Shown: in pieces, positions 28,939 through 38,758 of the stretch | How the letters are laid out: each line of letters starts with the position of its first letter | How positions within the stretch are numbered: the stretch's first letter is position 1 | Origin: a virus | Lineage: Duplodnaviria > Caudoviricetes | Virus record (IMG/VR): IMGVR_UViG_3300033072_000529 | Strand: one strand, 5' to 3' | DNA length: 64,000 bases | Program-made: the position numbers and the translations under genes | Notes under the pieces: model-generated | The model's database searches: none | What the model was told of the DNA's origin: nothing | What the model saw: only the letters and a program-made list of their open reading frames with translations

Positions 28939-28970
28939 ATAGAATACTTATGATTAATCCGACGCAGCGA

Positions 28971-29504
28971 CTACTTTTTTCTATCAAACCAGCTTCTTAC
29001 TCGCTTAAAAAAGCCATCAAATTTATCCTTTATCTTGGCACCTATAGTGGGTTGTGCAGGAGTGTGGGGTGAAACTGTTTTAGGCTTGTTAGGAATAATC
29101 GCTGCGGGCATTCCCACATATCCCATAAAATCTATTTTAGCTTGATTTGACATGTGAATGATATTATCATAAAAATATTGCTTGAATATCTCTTGATCTT
29201 CTTCTGTATCCAAATCCCACTGCTGTTTTATAACAACCTGTTCAGACCCAAATACTCTATAATCTTGTCGTAGTATATCCCATACTACACATAAACCTTT
29301 AGCTTTATAGTTATATCCCATACCCACACCTATAGGTGGTTGAAATAGTAACACTTGACTACCAAAGTCGCCGTTTAATAACTCGTAATTCGTAGTACCC
29401 AACAGACTACGAATGTTAGACCACCCTAACTTAGGGTGGCGTCTAACAAACGATAATTCCACTACTTTGGAACCTAAAATAGCCTGTAGTGCTGCATTGT
29501 TCAC
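28971..29504 (-). CDS. Hypothetical protein, possible WYL-like/Sm-SH3 barrel
   Basis: VVELSFVRR...RSLLGT...LCVVWDILRQDYRVF; GTG start 5 nt after TAAATA. Confidence 0.5.
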   Translation of the reverse strand: MNNAALQAILGSKVVELSFVRRHPKLGWSNIRSLLGTTNYELLNGDFGSQVLLFQPPIGVGMGYNYKAKGLCVVWDILRQDYRVFGSEQVVIKQQWDLDTEEDQEIFKQYFYDNIIHMSNQAKIDFMGYVGMPAAIIPNKPKTVSPHTPAQPTIGAKIKDKFDGFFKRVRSWFDRKK

Positions 29505-29515
29505 CTATATATTTA

Positions 29516-29956
29516 TTAGAATATATGAGTGATTTTGTCGGAGATATCTGCCTTGGCTTCTTCTTCGGTGCCTTTATGTTGTATTACAGCCATGACATAA
29601 CTCTCGGCAGTGAAATAGGTTTTATACCCGCCTACCACTTTCATTGCATCATTAGCTAATGCCTGTTGGTGAATCAACACCGTTGTTCCAACTTGGGCAA
29701 ATTTAGTATCCGGTCCAGCCATCAATATTTTACACGGAGAAAATAATCCTCGTATACGGGTAGGATTCACAATAATACTACCCATCATAACTTCATATGC
29801 ATCCGGTTCATCTAACCGTTGAACCCATAAGGCATCTTTATAAAGGGCAGCTATATCCCAATTATTTAAATCTATATCATAGTTGACTATTTTATCTACT
29901 GCGGGGCGTGCATCTAAAAGGGCTTGAACTTGGCGTTGTTGTACTTCATTATCCAT
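29516..29956 (-). CDS. GroES-like co-chaperonin (functional analogue of T4 gp31)
   Basis: LYKDALWVQ...GSIIV...KILMAGPDTKFAQVGTTVLI...FTAESYVMAVI fits a divergent Cpn10 pattern. Confidence 0.65.
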   Translation of the reverse strand: MDNEVQQRQVQALLDARPAVDKIVNYDIDLNNWDIAALYKDALWVQRLDEPDAYEVMMGSIIVNPTRIRGLFSPCKILMAGPDTKFAQVGTTVLIHQQALANDAMKVVGGYKTYFTAESYVMAVIQHKGTEEEAKADISDKITHIF

Positions 29957-29970
29957 GGACGTTATTTACG

Positions 29971-30387
29971 TCATCTTTTAGATTTATACAATACCAAATC
30001 ATCGACTTCCCAATCTTTTATTGCCTCTGGATAGAATTGTAGTATGTTTTTAACCTCATCCGTAGTCCGTTGCCACATAGTTGCAATGTGCTTAATGATC
30101 GCATCATCTGTCTTTTTACTCGTAACAGGTTTAGAACGTTTGATATACTTTGTACCATATATTTTTCTCTTTGGCAATACTAATTTCAAATAATCAAATA
30201 TCATTTGATCATCCATGAATGCATCCCATTTTTTATTGTATATCTCATTGATCACAACGCAATATTCTGGTGATACCATTGATATCCACCGGCATATCAT
30301 ATATGCAGAAAATTGGTCAGATTTACTGAGGGCATAATCAGGTTTATTATAGTGTATATCAGTTAATAGCTCGAAGACTGTTTTCAT
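29971..30387 (-). CDS. 62: Clamp loader small subunit, T4 gp62-like (start re-assigned to MKTVF)
   Basis: FSAYMICRWISM...INE...QMIFDYL...PKRK...KYIK; ATGA overlap with the upstream gene. Confidence 0.7.
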   Translation of the reverse strand: MKTVFELLTDIHYNKPDYALSKSDQFSAYMICRWISMVSPEYCVVINEIYNKKWDAFMDDQMIFDYLKLVLPKRKIYGTKYIKRSKPVTSKKTDDAIIKHIATMWQRTTDEVKNILQFYPEAIKDWEVDDLVLYKSKR

Positions 30388-31106
30388 AGGATATGTCGAA
30401 TCGTTCCGTAGTTTTTTCTGAAAATTTGTGCAGTAGCATGCCATTCGGGATCATTATTGAATTGGCCTAATCCATGATGAATTACAAATATGGGCCATAC
30501 TCCTATTGTGAGATTAGCCTGGATAGCTCTGGCACACATTGCCATATCATAGTGGTGCCATTTCATATCATTGTCAAATAGATTGGGATGTTGTTTCAAC
30601 ACTCCACATTTAAACGACATCAATAATCCATCTATTACCACTACGGGATGAGGCGTTGGTCCGAAGTCCACACTATTAACATATGGTTTATCTGCTGGTA
30701 TGGCATGGGATACGATTCCGTGTAATGCATTAGATACAGGTATAGATAAATGCCATACCGTTGGCTTCGACGTATTTGAATAATCCTGGGCACTAGCACC
30801 TGCAAGTCCAATTATATCATATTGTTTATGGGCGGTTATAAGTTTCTCCACGAACCATAGATCGTGAATCTCTACATCATCATGTATACATACTATAATA
30901 TCATCGTCATTGTAGTTATACATAGTTATCAACTCTGTGGACTTATTATTATAAAGTTCTGATAACCCAGTGGTATTGTCGGGTACTATAGTCCATCTAA
31001 TATTTTTATTAGAGGTGGTCAACTTTTCTAAACATCTATAGGCATTAGTTTCGCTGTAGTCCTCTACAGACATTTTGGTCGGTATTATAAGGTGAATTTG
31101 AGCCAT
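30384..31106 (-). CDS. Glycosyltransferase (GT-A / family 2-like)
   Basis: GLSELYN, VCIHDDVEI, IIGLAG, VIDGLLM, FD..WHHYDM, VIHHGLG. Confidence 0.75.
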   Translation of the reverse strand: MAQIHLIIPTKMSVEDYSETNAYRCLEKLTTSNKNIRWTIVPDNTTGLSELYNNKSTELITMYNYNDDDIIVCIHDDVEIHDLWFVEKLITAHKQYDIIGLAGASAQDYSNTSKPTVWHLSIPVSNALHGIVSHAIPADKPYVNSVDFGPTPHPVVVIDGLLMSFKCGVLKQHPNLFDNDMKWHHYDMAMCARAIQANLTIGVWPIFVIHHGLGQFNNDPEWHATAQIFRKNYGTIRHIL

Positions 31107-31114
31107 ATGATAGT

Positions 31115-31143
31115 ATCATACGATAGTTTTGATACACTGTCAA
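31115..31143 (-). promoter_or_regulatory. Sigma70-like early promoter
   Basis: TTGACA-N17-TATGAT, 8 nt before the glycosyltransferase ATG. Confidence 0.7.
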
Positions 31144-31174
31144 CGGTTATCTATAAATAGATAAATATAACGAT

Positions 31175-31765
31175 ATGACTATACCAAATAAATTTGATAC
31201 TTATCTATTTAAGCTGTTCCAAGAAGCAGGTGCTCCCCTACCACCAAAACCATCAACACCTATTGGAGGTCAGACAGTAGATGAACCCACATCATTAGGC
31301 GATACAGGTGCAGAAGATAACGCAATGAGCGAGTTTCTAGACCCTGATACGAATGCAGATGAGTTCGATGTCAAAGACGGTCTAGGACAAGCTGTAGACC
31401 GTGTAATACAAGATTTCCACACTCGCATGAGTCAATTCGCAAGTGTTGTGGCTCCAGAAAATCTTTCCGGTCTATCATTACCAGATTTAAAAGACCATGT
31501 ATTGGAGATTAAGAAATTTGTGGATAATATCCAAAATAATACCAAACAACAAGCAGGTGAAAAAGCACTGCGTGATCCTGCTGTCGTGGTAGCCCAATAT
31601 ATATCAGAATATGCTGCAAAAACGGCGGCATTTAATGAATTACATTCCAACCTGGAAGAATTCGTAAGTTCTGTGGAAGAAACTGAGCGTCAAATTGCTA
31701 CATTGGCCAGCAAAATTGATGCCTTTATAACTGATGTGGGCGAGGATGATAACGGTGGTCTATAA
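31175..31765 (+). CDS. Acidic coiled-coil late protein with tag KFDTYLFKLFQE
   Basis: Tandem TAAATA motifs upstream. Confidence 0.65.
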   Translation: MTIPNKFDTYLFKLFQEAGAPLPPKPSTPIGGQTVDEPTSLGDTGAEDNAMSEFLDPDTNADEFDVKDGLGQAVDRVIQDFHTRMSQFASVVAPENLSGLSLPDLKDHVLEIKKFVDNIQNNTKQQAGEKALRDPAVVVAQYISEYAAKTAAFNELHSNLEEFVSSVEETERQIATLASKIDAFITDVGEDDNGGL

Positions 31766-32770
31766 TCTAATCAGACCTCTATTACCTACATAACTATGTT
31801 CTACCAGAAAATCGGGATCGAATTGATCCCGATTTTTTTGTACACAGAACTCGTTTATATCTTTAAATGATTCCACATCTTTCTCATATATAAAAACTCT
31901 CTCTTGATTTAGTAATTTATCCTTTATCTTCTTTCTAACCTGTTCTGATTCCAGTTTATAATTATCCAGTACCCATATCCATGTATGAAATGGATATAAT
32001 GTTCTAATCCGTTCTGCTTGCTTATCAGTCATAGATACCCCTGATATAGCCACGCCGTTCTTCACAAAGATAGCATCCAATGCCCCCTCAAAAATAAAAA
32101 TATATGGATATGAATTGTCTATTTTATGTAGATTGAATACCGGTTTGCTATTGAGCTTCAATAGATATTTTGCCTTGTTATCTGTAGCCAACAACTTTCG
32201 AGATATATATGATTCTACTCTCCCACAAGAATCATAATAAGGTATCACTAGTCTATTATTATGCAGGTAATCCTGTATACATACATAATAGGTGCTGGGC
32301 GCATTGATAGCACTCAGCAGTCGTCTAGCGGTGCAATATTCCTTTGCAATATTGATGATCTTTTTGGAACCATAATATTGTATTTGCATCTCATCTCGAA
32401 TGTCAACTGTTACTCCCGGTAAGACAGGTGGATCAAAGGATGATTCTACTATATCATCCTCTATCTTAATACGACGAAAGTCAGACTGTATAGATTCTCC
32501 AGTGTATGCTTCCACATCTTTTATTATTTCTTTGAAAGACATTCCTGTGACGGTTTTCAACCAGAAATACGGCGACCATCCTTGGGCGCAATTATGACAA
32601 TATAAATATTGTTCATCGGGAAAATAATATAATCTCTTCTTTTTCCCATAAGAATTTCCTTCATGGCAAATTGGACATGAAGCTACGTAATAACTTCGGG
32701 TTTGTTCCGCAAACCCGGCATATTGATAAAATCTGGCAGTGATATACGACTCTGGTATAGTCATCGACAT
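31760..32770 (-). CDS. 61: DNA primase, T4 gp61-like
   Basis: CPICHEG...YCHNC zinc finger; RLVIPYY; TOPRIM IFEGALDAIFV, WVLDN, KDINE. Confidence 0.9.
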   Translation of the reverse strand: MSMTIPESYITARFYQYAGFAEQTRSYYVASCPICHEGNSYGKKKRLYYFPDEQYLYCHNCAQGWSPYFWLKTVTGMSFKEIIKDVEAYTGESIQSDFRRIKIEDDIVESSFDPPVLPGVTVDIRDEMQIQYYGSKKIINIAKEYCTARRLLSAINAPSTYYVCIQDYLHNNRLVIPYYDSCGRVESYISRKLLATDNKAKYLLKLNSKPVFNLHKIDNSYPYIFIFEGALDAIFVKNGVAISGVSMTDKQAERIRTLYPFHTWIWVLDNYKLESEQVRKKIKDKLLNQERVFIYEKDVESFKDINEFCVQKNRDQFDPDFLVEHSYVGNRGLIRL

Positions 32771-32814
32771 ACTATAGTACAGGTTCGCAGTATATCAAGT
32801 TATAAATAGAATAT

Positions 32815-33297
32815 ATGCAAAGTAGGTTTAACGAATATATTCGCAAAGTTTTAGAGGAAATAACTACGCCAAAGAATAAACGGCGCGAACACACATCTCG
32901 ATATTTCGGAGATGGACAATATGCAATGGCATCTACCCCTCGTAAAGTACAATCTACTGGTATAAAAACCGCATCTCAAAAGACTAAGCTAGGCTATCAA
33001 CAATACATGGGTGGTCCATTTGCTAAAAAAGGTGTAAGAGGTATAAACCAATCTCAGAAAAATCCTCAAGAAATTGCTATTGCAAAAGGCTTAGGGGGAT
33101 ATATAAAACCCGAAGGTAAAAACCCTAAACAGATTGGTGCACAAGTCAACTCCAAGCAAAATAATATGGAAATCAAATATAATCTAGCTAATGGTGTAGC
33201 TAAAGTAGGGTCTAATATAGACGGTGCACATGAGGACGAAAAAACTGTACGCCAATTCCAAGACGACAGAGAGCAATGGCTAAAGAAACATAGTTAA
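32815..33297 (+). CDS. Basic late protein with tag SRFNEYIRKVLEE
   Basis: TATAAATA at 32801-32808. Confidence 0.65.
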   Translation: MQSRFNEYIRKVLEEITTPKNKRREHTSRYFGDGQYAMASTPRKVQSTGIKTASQKTKLGYQQYMGGPFAKKGVRGINQSQKNPQEIAIAKGLGGYIKPEGKNPKQIGAQVNSKQNNMEIKYNLANGVAKVGSNIDGAHEDEKTVRQFQDDREQWLKKHS

Positions 33298-33305
33298 ATA
33301 TAATC

Positions 33306-34187
33306 ATGAACATTGCTACCAATTGCGGGGTTTTAACACCGTTTACCTTTGAACAGATCAAATTCAAAGATATGCCTAAGGTGACACATTCTCACATACC
33401 GTACTTCCATCGTATGCTATGTAATTGTGCTACGTCTGTGGCTCGCAATTATCTATGGGTGGTTGTATTCTCTGCCCATAACAAGAGTTATCTATTAAAC
33501 AAAATCAAATCAGTATTACCTGATTACGAACCCGAAGGATGGGATACTACATCTGCCGTCGATTCCACCTGGACAGAAGCAACACAAGATGTCATAGGAT
33601 GTGTATTCGCTCAAGCAGTTAATATACCAGGGGAAACATTGAATGTCGATAAGGTAGGAATATCAACCGGGTCAAATAGAGGTTTTATAAATGCTCCCAT
33701 TATAAATGGTAGACAAAATTTAACTCCATTAGATATTTCGTTCTTAGAAACAAATCAATCGTTTGCAGATGGTGTCATACGTCCTTGGAACATCGTAGTG
33801 GGACATGAGGGTCTAATAGCTCGACCAAAACAAGAATCAATAAAATCTGATATATACGTATACCAGTTAGCGCATGTCGGTGAAAAAACACCTAATATAA
33901 TTCGTAAAGCCTGGATATATCGCGACTGTGCCCCAATATCGGTTAGTACAGAATCTTTGGTATACGATAACATATCGGCTAGTAAAAGACAAACTCAATT
34001 CGTTTATAATTCGTATTCCCTAGTCACTACAGATAAATGTGGAGTGTTTGAATCCTCGGAGTCCGGTACTAGTCCTATAGCTAATCAAGTTCCAGTGGCT
34101 AATCAACCAACGATTGGTTCTCCGACTAACAATATTTCTACTACTCCTAATAGCACTTTCTTGCAGGGTAATGGTAATCTAGTGTAA
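33306..34187 (+). CDS. Tail-tube-fold baseplate protein (gp54/gp19-like)
   Basis: FAQAVNIPGE...LDISFLET...IRPW...IYVYQL...WIYRDCAPISVSTESLVY. Confidence 0.65.
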   Translation: MNIATNCGVLTPFTFEQIKFKDMPKVTHSHIPYFHRMLCNCATSVARNYLWVVVFSAHNKSYLLNKIKSVLPDYEPEGWDTTSAVDSTWTEATQDVIGCVFAQAVNIPGETLNVDKVGISTGSNRGFINAPIINGRQNLTPLDISFLETNQSFADGVIRPWNIVVGHEGLIARPKQESIKSDIYVYQLAHVGEKTPNIIRKAWIYRDCAPISVSTESLVYDNISASKRQTQFVYNSYSLVTTDKCGVFESSESGTSPIANQVPVANQPTIGSPTNNISTTPNSTFLQGNGNLV

Positions 34188-34195
34188 GTAGTCGC

Positions 34196-35182
34196 ATGAA
34201 TACAATACCCATATGGATTCCTTCTATGCAGGAATCCATTAGATTTAAGGAATTATCCATCACACAATATCGATCCATACTCAAACAATTAAATAGCCCT
34301 GATATAGATTTCACCTACACTCTAAACTCAATAATAGCAGATAATATTATCTCCACCATAGATTGGAAGAATACCTTAACAATACTGGATAGATTTATTA
34401 TATTTGTGGCGTATAAATCTATATGTGTCAGTCCTAAATTGAGCCTCACTAAAAAATGTAATAAGTGTGCAGCATCTACTAATTTCACTGTCGATCTACA
34501 TAAACTCATATTGGACTTGGCTAAAGTTGTAGACAAATCATTTAAATGTACTATGTCTGGTATATATTATAAAGCTGAATGCGATATACCATCCATATAC
34601 ACTGAGGAACAATCTTTATTATACTCTCAAACGTTACCCACTATTAACACCGATTTTACATTAGACAATGAATGGTTATTATATACCAGGTATGTTAAAC
34701 TTAATAATGTTGAATTACCGTTATACAGCATGCCCTATGCAGACAAATTACAGGTTTTGCGGAAACTTCCAGCCCATATCACATCAGATATATCAAATCG
34801 ATATATACGAAATATCAACAATATGGCTAATAGTATAAAAATTATGAATTTAACATGTACTCACATGCTGAACCAGCAAGCGTGTGGCGAAAAATGGGAA
34901 CGCGTATTCGATGTGTATACTATTAATAGTGTTATACGTGATCTGTATACCGATAATACCAATGAGCAAGTGCTTTTAACCATACATACCATTAATAGTG
35001 CTGTTACACAGGAGCGTCTAACTCCTATGGAACTGGAATATATATTTGACTATGAAATGGCGTCCCGAAAAGATGCCAACAATGTGACTAACTCATCCTC
35101 TAATCCACCTAGTAATATATTCGAAGAATATCGTGCGCAAACAGAGAATATGGCAGAATCGCCTAGTTCCTATATAAATTAG
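34196..35182 (+). CDS. Baseplate hub assembly protein, gp26-like
   Basis: IWIPSMQESIRFKELS, LTILDRFIIF..KS, CNKC; located before the tape measure gene. Confidence 0.6.
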   Translation: MNTIPIWIPSMQESIRFKELSITQYRSILKQLNSPDIDFTYTLNSIIADNIISTIDWKNTLTILDRFIIFVAYKSICVSPKLSLTKKCNKCAASTNFTVDLHKLILDLAKVVDKSFKCTMSGIYYKAECDIPSIYTEEQSLLYSQTLPTINTDFTLDNEWLLYTRYVKLNNVELPLYSMPYADKLQVLRKLPAHITSDISNRYIRNINNMANSIKIMNLTCTHMLNQQACGEKWERVFDVYTINSVIRDLYTDNTNEQVLLTIHTINSAVTQERLTPMELEYIFDYEMASRKDANNVTNSSSNPPSNIFEEYRAQTENMAESPSSYIN

Positions 35183-35201
35183 GATATAAGTAGGAGTATA
35201 T

Positions 35202-36014
35202 ATGTCAACAACCAGTATTAATGAATTGCTCCATTTGATCGATGTCGAAAATCGTAAGTTAGATACAGGTATTTGGGTCGCATCTCAACCGTCTAATCTT
35301 ATCAATATCAAAACGCTCAATGCAACTCACACAAAGAATATATTGAAATCTGCTATAGAAGGTATATTCGTGCCTAATCAATTCAACATGGTTATGTATC
35401 ATGTATTGACTGATATAGTCGATAGTACGATACCACTGTCCACCTTATCCGTATATGATAAATCTCTTATACTTCTTCAACTTCGGCAATATAATATAGC
35501 TCCTACTATATCTGTTAAATTGACCAACGCTCAAGGTAATACCTTGCAGCACGAAGTCGTATTATCTGATTTGATAGACCGCAATAAAATTAAACCTTAT
35601 CCATCTGAACATACTATAACGGCAGGTAAATTCAGTGTGACGTTGAATCTACCCAGTATAACAACGGAATATATGTTTGATTCACACTTATATGCTAACA
35701 AAATTGCAAATATTTCTGATCAGAACAAGTCAGTTATAAAAGAACTATTCGGGCCTATATTTATATATAATATAGCTCAATATATACAACGAGTACAATT
35801 CGGTGATGTAGATATGGATATATCTACCGTGCCTGTGGATGCAAGGCTTAAAATCGTGGAGAAACTACCTGCTAATATTTTAGATAAAATCATCACCACT
35901 ATCGAAAAACGATATACTGTAGCTATAAATGAAATTACCGCTATAGAATATACCGTTGAAGGTCAATTATATAGCGGTAATATTGAGCTATCTCCTGAAC
36001 TGTTTATTAGTTGA
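35202..36014 (+). CDS. Second gp26-like baseplate hub protein (paralogue)
   Basis: IWVASQ...IKTLN, LSVYDKSLILLQLR, LNLPSI, RLKIVEKLP. Confidence 0.55.
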   Translation: MSTTSINELLHLIDVENRKLDTGIWVASQPSNLINIKTLNATHTKNILKSAIEGIFVPNQFNMVMYHVLTDIVDSTIPLSTLSVYDKSLILLQLRQYNIAPTISVKLTNAQGNTLQHEVVLSDLIDRNKIKPYPSEHTITAGKFSVTLNLPSITTEYMFDSHLYANKIANISDQNKSVIKELFGPIFIYNIAQYIQRVQFGDVDMDISTVPVDARLKIVEKLPANILDKIITTIEKRYTVAINEITAIEYTVEGQLYSGNIELSPELFIS

Positions 36015-36615
36015 GGCCGGGATTACGTGGCGGGCGATTCAGCGGACGCGCTGGATTGCCTGCTGGTTTAGGGCGAGCCGGTTGAGTGGGAGCAGGTTGT
36101 TGAGGCTGTTGTTGAGCAGGTTGTTGAGCAGGTTGTTGAGGGGCATTCAATCTGCTGGATGCCGCTGTGTTTAGATTTGTGCCCCATTGCGCTAAATATT
36201 TAACCAGGTCGTTTATATTTTGATCATTAGGAAATACGGTTGGCAACACATCTGCCACTTTCAACAACTGTGCTAGTGCTTGATTAACGGCTTTTATAGC
36301 ATTTTGTTGTCTGACTTTACTTGCACCTGCTTTATAATTTTGCGCCATACCCTGGAATGCATTACTGGCTGCATTTTTCACACCGCCAATAAATTCTCCT
36401 AGACCCTCAATCAATACCAATTGGGATTCTGTTAATACGCCTTGAGCTTTCAGTTCCTCAATTTTCTCATATGTCATATTACCATGTAATATTTCATTTT
36501 TTAGTTGTTCATCTGAACGTGCAGATAACGGGGTAACGTCATATCTGTGATATTCTTTCTGTTCTCGGAAAGCATCAAATCCAGCCATGTATAATCCTGT
36601 GTAATTAGTTGACAT
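36007..36615 (-). CDS. Late protein with Q/P-rich tail; candidate internal virion protein
   Basis: TAAATA upstream; LIE-G possible gp21 cleavage site; QQPA repeats. Confidence 0.6.
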   Translation of the reverse strand: MSTNYTGLYMAGFDAFREQKEYHRYDVTPLSARSDEQLKNEILHGNMTYEKIEELKAQGVLTESQLVLIEGLGEFIGGVKNAASNAFQGMAQNYKAGASKVRQQNAIKAVNQALAQLLKVADVLPTVFPNDQNINDLVKYLAQWGTNLNTAASSRLNAPQQPAQQPAQQQPQQPAPTQPARPKPAGNPARPLNRPPRNPGLN

Positions 36616-36650
36616 ATATATTTCTTATTTATCGCAAATAAATAAATGTA

Positions 36651-38702
36651 ATGGCTAATACACTGGAAGACTTACTTAACGCAATTGATAGCTACATGAT
36701 AGCTAAAGGAAAAGCCACGGAACCATATATAGCTAAAAAAGTATCAGAGTTATTTGAGTCTGATGAATCCATGTTTAATCCTAAAGCGGGTCCAATAAAA
36801 GTGATGTGGGCCAAATTCAATACCTTTACCAAAGCTATCGAAGATGCCACTAAACAAACTGCCCCTTATGCTAAAAAATTAACTGAGGGATTAACTAAAT
36901 TGAATGAGTTTTATAAAAATATATCAACCGCTTCATCTGATGTTAAAATGTTGATATCTCGATTGGGGGGATTGTCTAATGCTAATAAGCGTCCTCCTGG
37001 TAGACCGGTATCCTACAATCCATATGATAGATTGGGAGAACATATAGTAGTTATCAGATCAACTCTTAGAAGAATATCTAATACATTAGATGATCTGGTA
37101 TATACGACCAGATCAGAACAAAATTTTGAAATAGTGCAAAAAACATTATTATATGATGTGTCTGCTACAGCACTGTATAAATTACACGGTATTATGGAAA
37201 CAGCTTTATGGCGTGTTATGCGTTCAACTGTACTAAGAGATCGCAATTTATCAAATGGTTTATATCGATCACATCAGTCGGATGATGAAGGTGGTATAAT
37301 ATCTAATATAATGGGATGGATGACAACTATCGGGTTGTTTATAGGGGGTGTCTTTGCACTCACTAAGGCGGGAGATTTTTTCACTAATAATAAATTAGGT
37401 ATCTCCATAAAGGAGAGCGTCACGGATTTCATCAGCAAAACAGCAGATAAAATAGGTAAAGCCATAGATGATGGAACAATAGCAGATTCTATAACCAATA
37501 CTATTACATTCATAGGTAATGTTATAAAGAAAACCGTCAAGGGTACTATATCCTTTATACGACAACACTGGGATAATATAGAATCAACTTTGGTACGAAT
37601 AGTTGGAACAATATGGAATGATATTGCTAAACCTATGGGTAGGGGTATAATGAATCATATTATCTATCCCTTATTCGGTGCAATAAAGAAAGATATACAA
37701 GAGAGTGATTGGTCTGGTGCAGCATTAAAGGGTATAGGTGCAGCATTTTTAGCGACTTTTATTCCAGGTATATCATCTGTCTTATCTGGGACTTTCTCGG
37801 GTATAGGTGCGGCTCTTGGACCTATTATAGCAGGAGCCAGAACCCTGTTATTTACTCCCTTAGGTGTTGCCATCACGGCTGCTGCATCCGCAGTGACATT
37901 TGCCGTTGACAGAATCAACGGATTCAATAAAGCCCAAGAAGAAATTGTTAAAACTTTGGAAGAACGTCATACAATAGAAGAAAGAGGTATGAAAACCTAT
38001 TATGATAATCAGAAAAAGAAACGAAATCGTATACAGGAATTAGAGTCCACCCCTAATAGAACATCTAAACAAGATTTAGAAATCAAACTATTGAGGGCTC
38101 AAATGGAATATAATCGTATTCAGGCTAACAAAAATGCTGAATTAAACAGTGCTAATGCTAAATTGGGTACATTATCAGGTGCATTTGCTGAAAATTGGAT
38201 GGGGTCTATTACGAAAGAAATAGACGGTATTCATAAAAAATACGAATCCCAATACAATGAACAGGATTCTTATATAAGACTATTAAACGATAGATTGAAG
38301 AGTGCTGAAAGTTCTGAGAAGGTTCGCCAGAAGAAAAAAGCTGACAGCGATGCAGTAGTTGATCAGATATTATCCAATAGAAAAAGTCCTACTCCTACCA
38401 GTGTAAAAGATGCGATTATAATTCAACCTCATTCTAAGGATCAAATTATAGCGGGTAAAATGGATGGTCCATTTGATAAGGCATTGACCTATGCACTAAA
38501 CGAATTATCCTTGTTGAAAAATATCATGGCGGAAGTAGGCAATCTGATTGCTTCTACTACTGCTACAGGTAATCATGCCCTTGTACAGGCTATCGCTGCG
38601 TCTGCGCAGGCAAGCACATCAGGTGCCAGTGCATTATCTAATAGAGGCGGGTCAGACCCTATCAGAGATTTACGTCAACGCGTTGCTGCTCACACCAAAT
38701 AA
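36651..38702 (+). CDS. Tape measure / baseplate hub protein (gp29-like)
   Basis: Helical 683 aa with hydrophobic G/A-rich segments; downstream of the gp26-like genes. Confidence 0.6.
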   Translation: MANTLEDLLNAIDSYMIAKGKATEPYIAKKVSELFESDESMFNPKAGPIKVMWAKFNTFTKAIEDATKQTAPYAKKLTEGLTKLNEFYKNISTASSDVKMLISRLGGLSNANKRPPGRPVSYNPYDRLGEHIVVIRSTLRRISNTLDDLVYTTRSEQNFEIVQKTLLYDVSATALYKLHGIMETALWRVMRSTVLRDRNLSNGLYRSHQSDDEGGIISNIMGWMTTIGLFIGGVFALTKAGDFFTNNKLGISIKESVTDFISKTADKIGKAIDDGTIADSITNTITFIGNVIKKTVKGTISFIRQHWDNIESTLVRIVGTIWNDIAKPMGRGIMNHIIYPLFGAIKKDIQESDWSGAALKGIGAAFLATFIPGISSVLSGTFSGIGAALGPIIAGARTLLFTPLGVAITAAASAVTFAVDRINGFNKAQEEIVKTLEERHTIEERGMKTYYDNQKKKRNRIQELESTPNRTSKQDLEIKLLRAQMEYNRIQANKNAELNSANAKLGTLSGAFAENWMGSITKEIDGIHKKYESQYNEQDSYIRLLNDRLKSAESSEKVRQKKKADSDAVVDQILSNRKSPTPTSVKDAIIIQPHSKDQIIAGKMDGPFDKALTYALNELSLLKNIMAEVGNLIASTTATGNHALVQAIAASAQASTSGASALSNRGGSDPIRDLRQRVAAHTK

Positions 38703-38710
38703 TAAAAAAA

Positions 38711-38742
38711 AAAACCCGGTAGAATTTCTTCTACCGGGTTTT
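38711..38742. terminator. Bidirectional Rho-independent terminator
   Basis: AAAACCCGGTAGAA-TTTC-TTCTACCGGGTTTT with a long A tract on the left. Confidence 0.85.
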
Positions 38743-38758
38743 CTAATTTAGGGGATTA

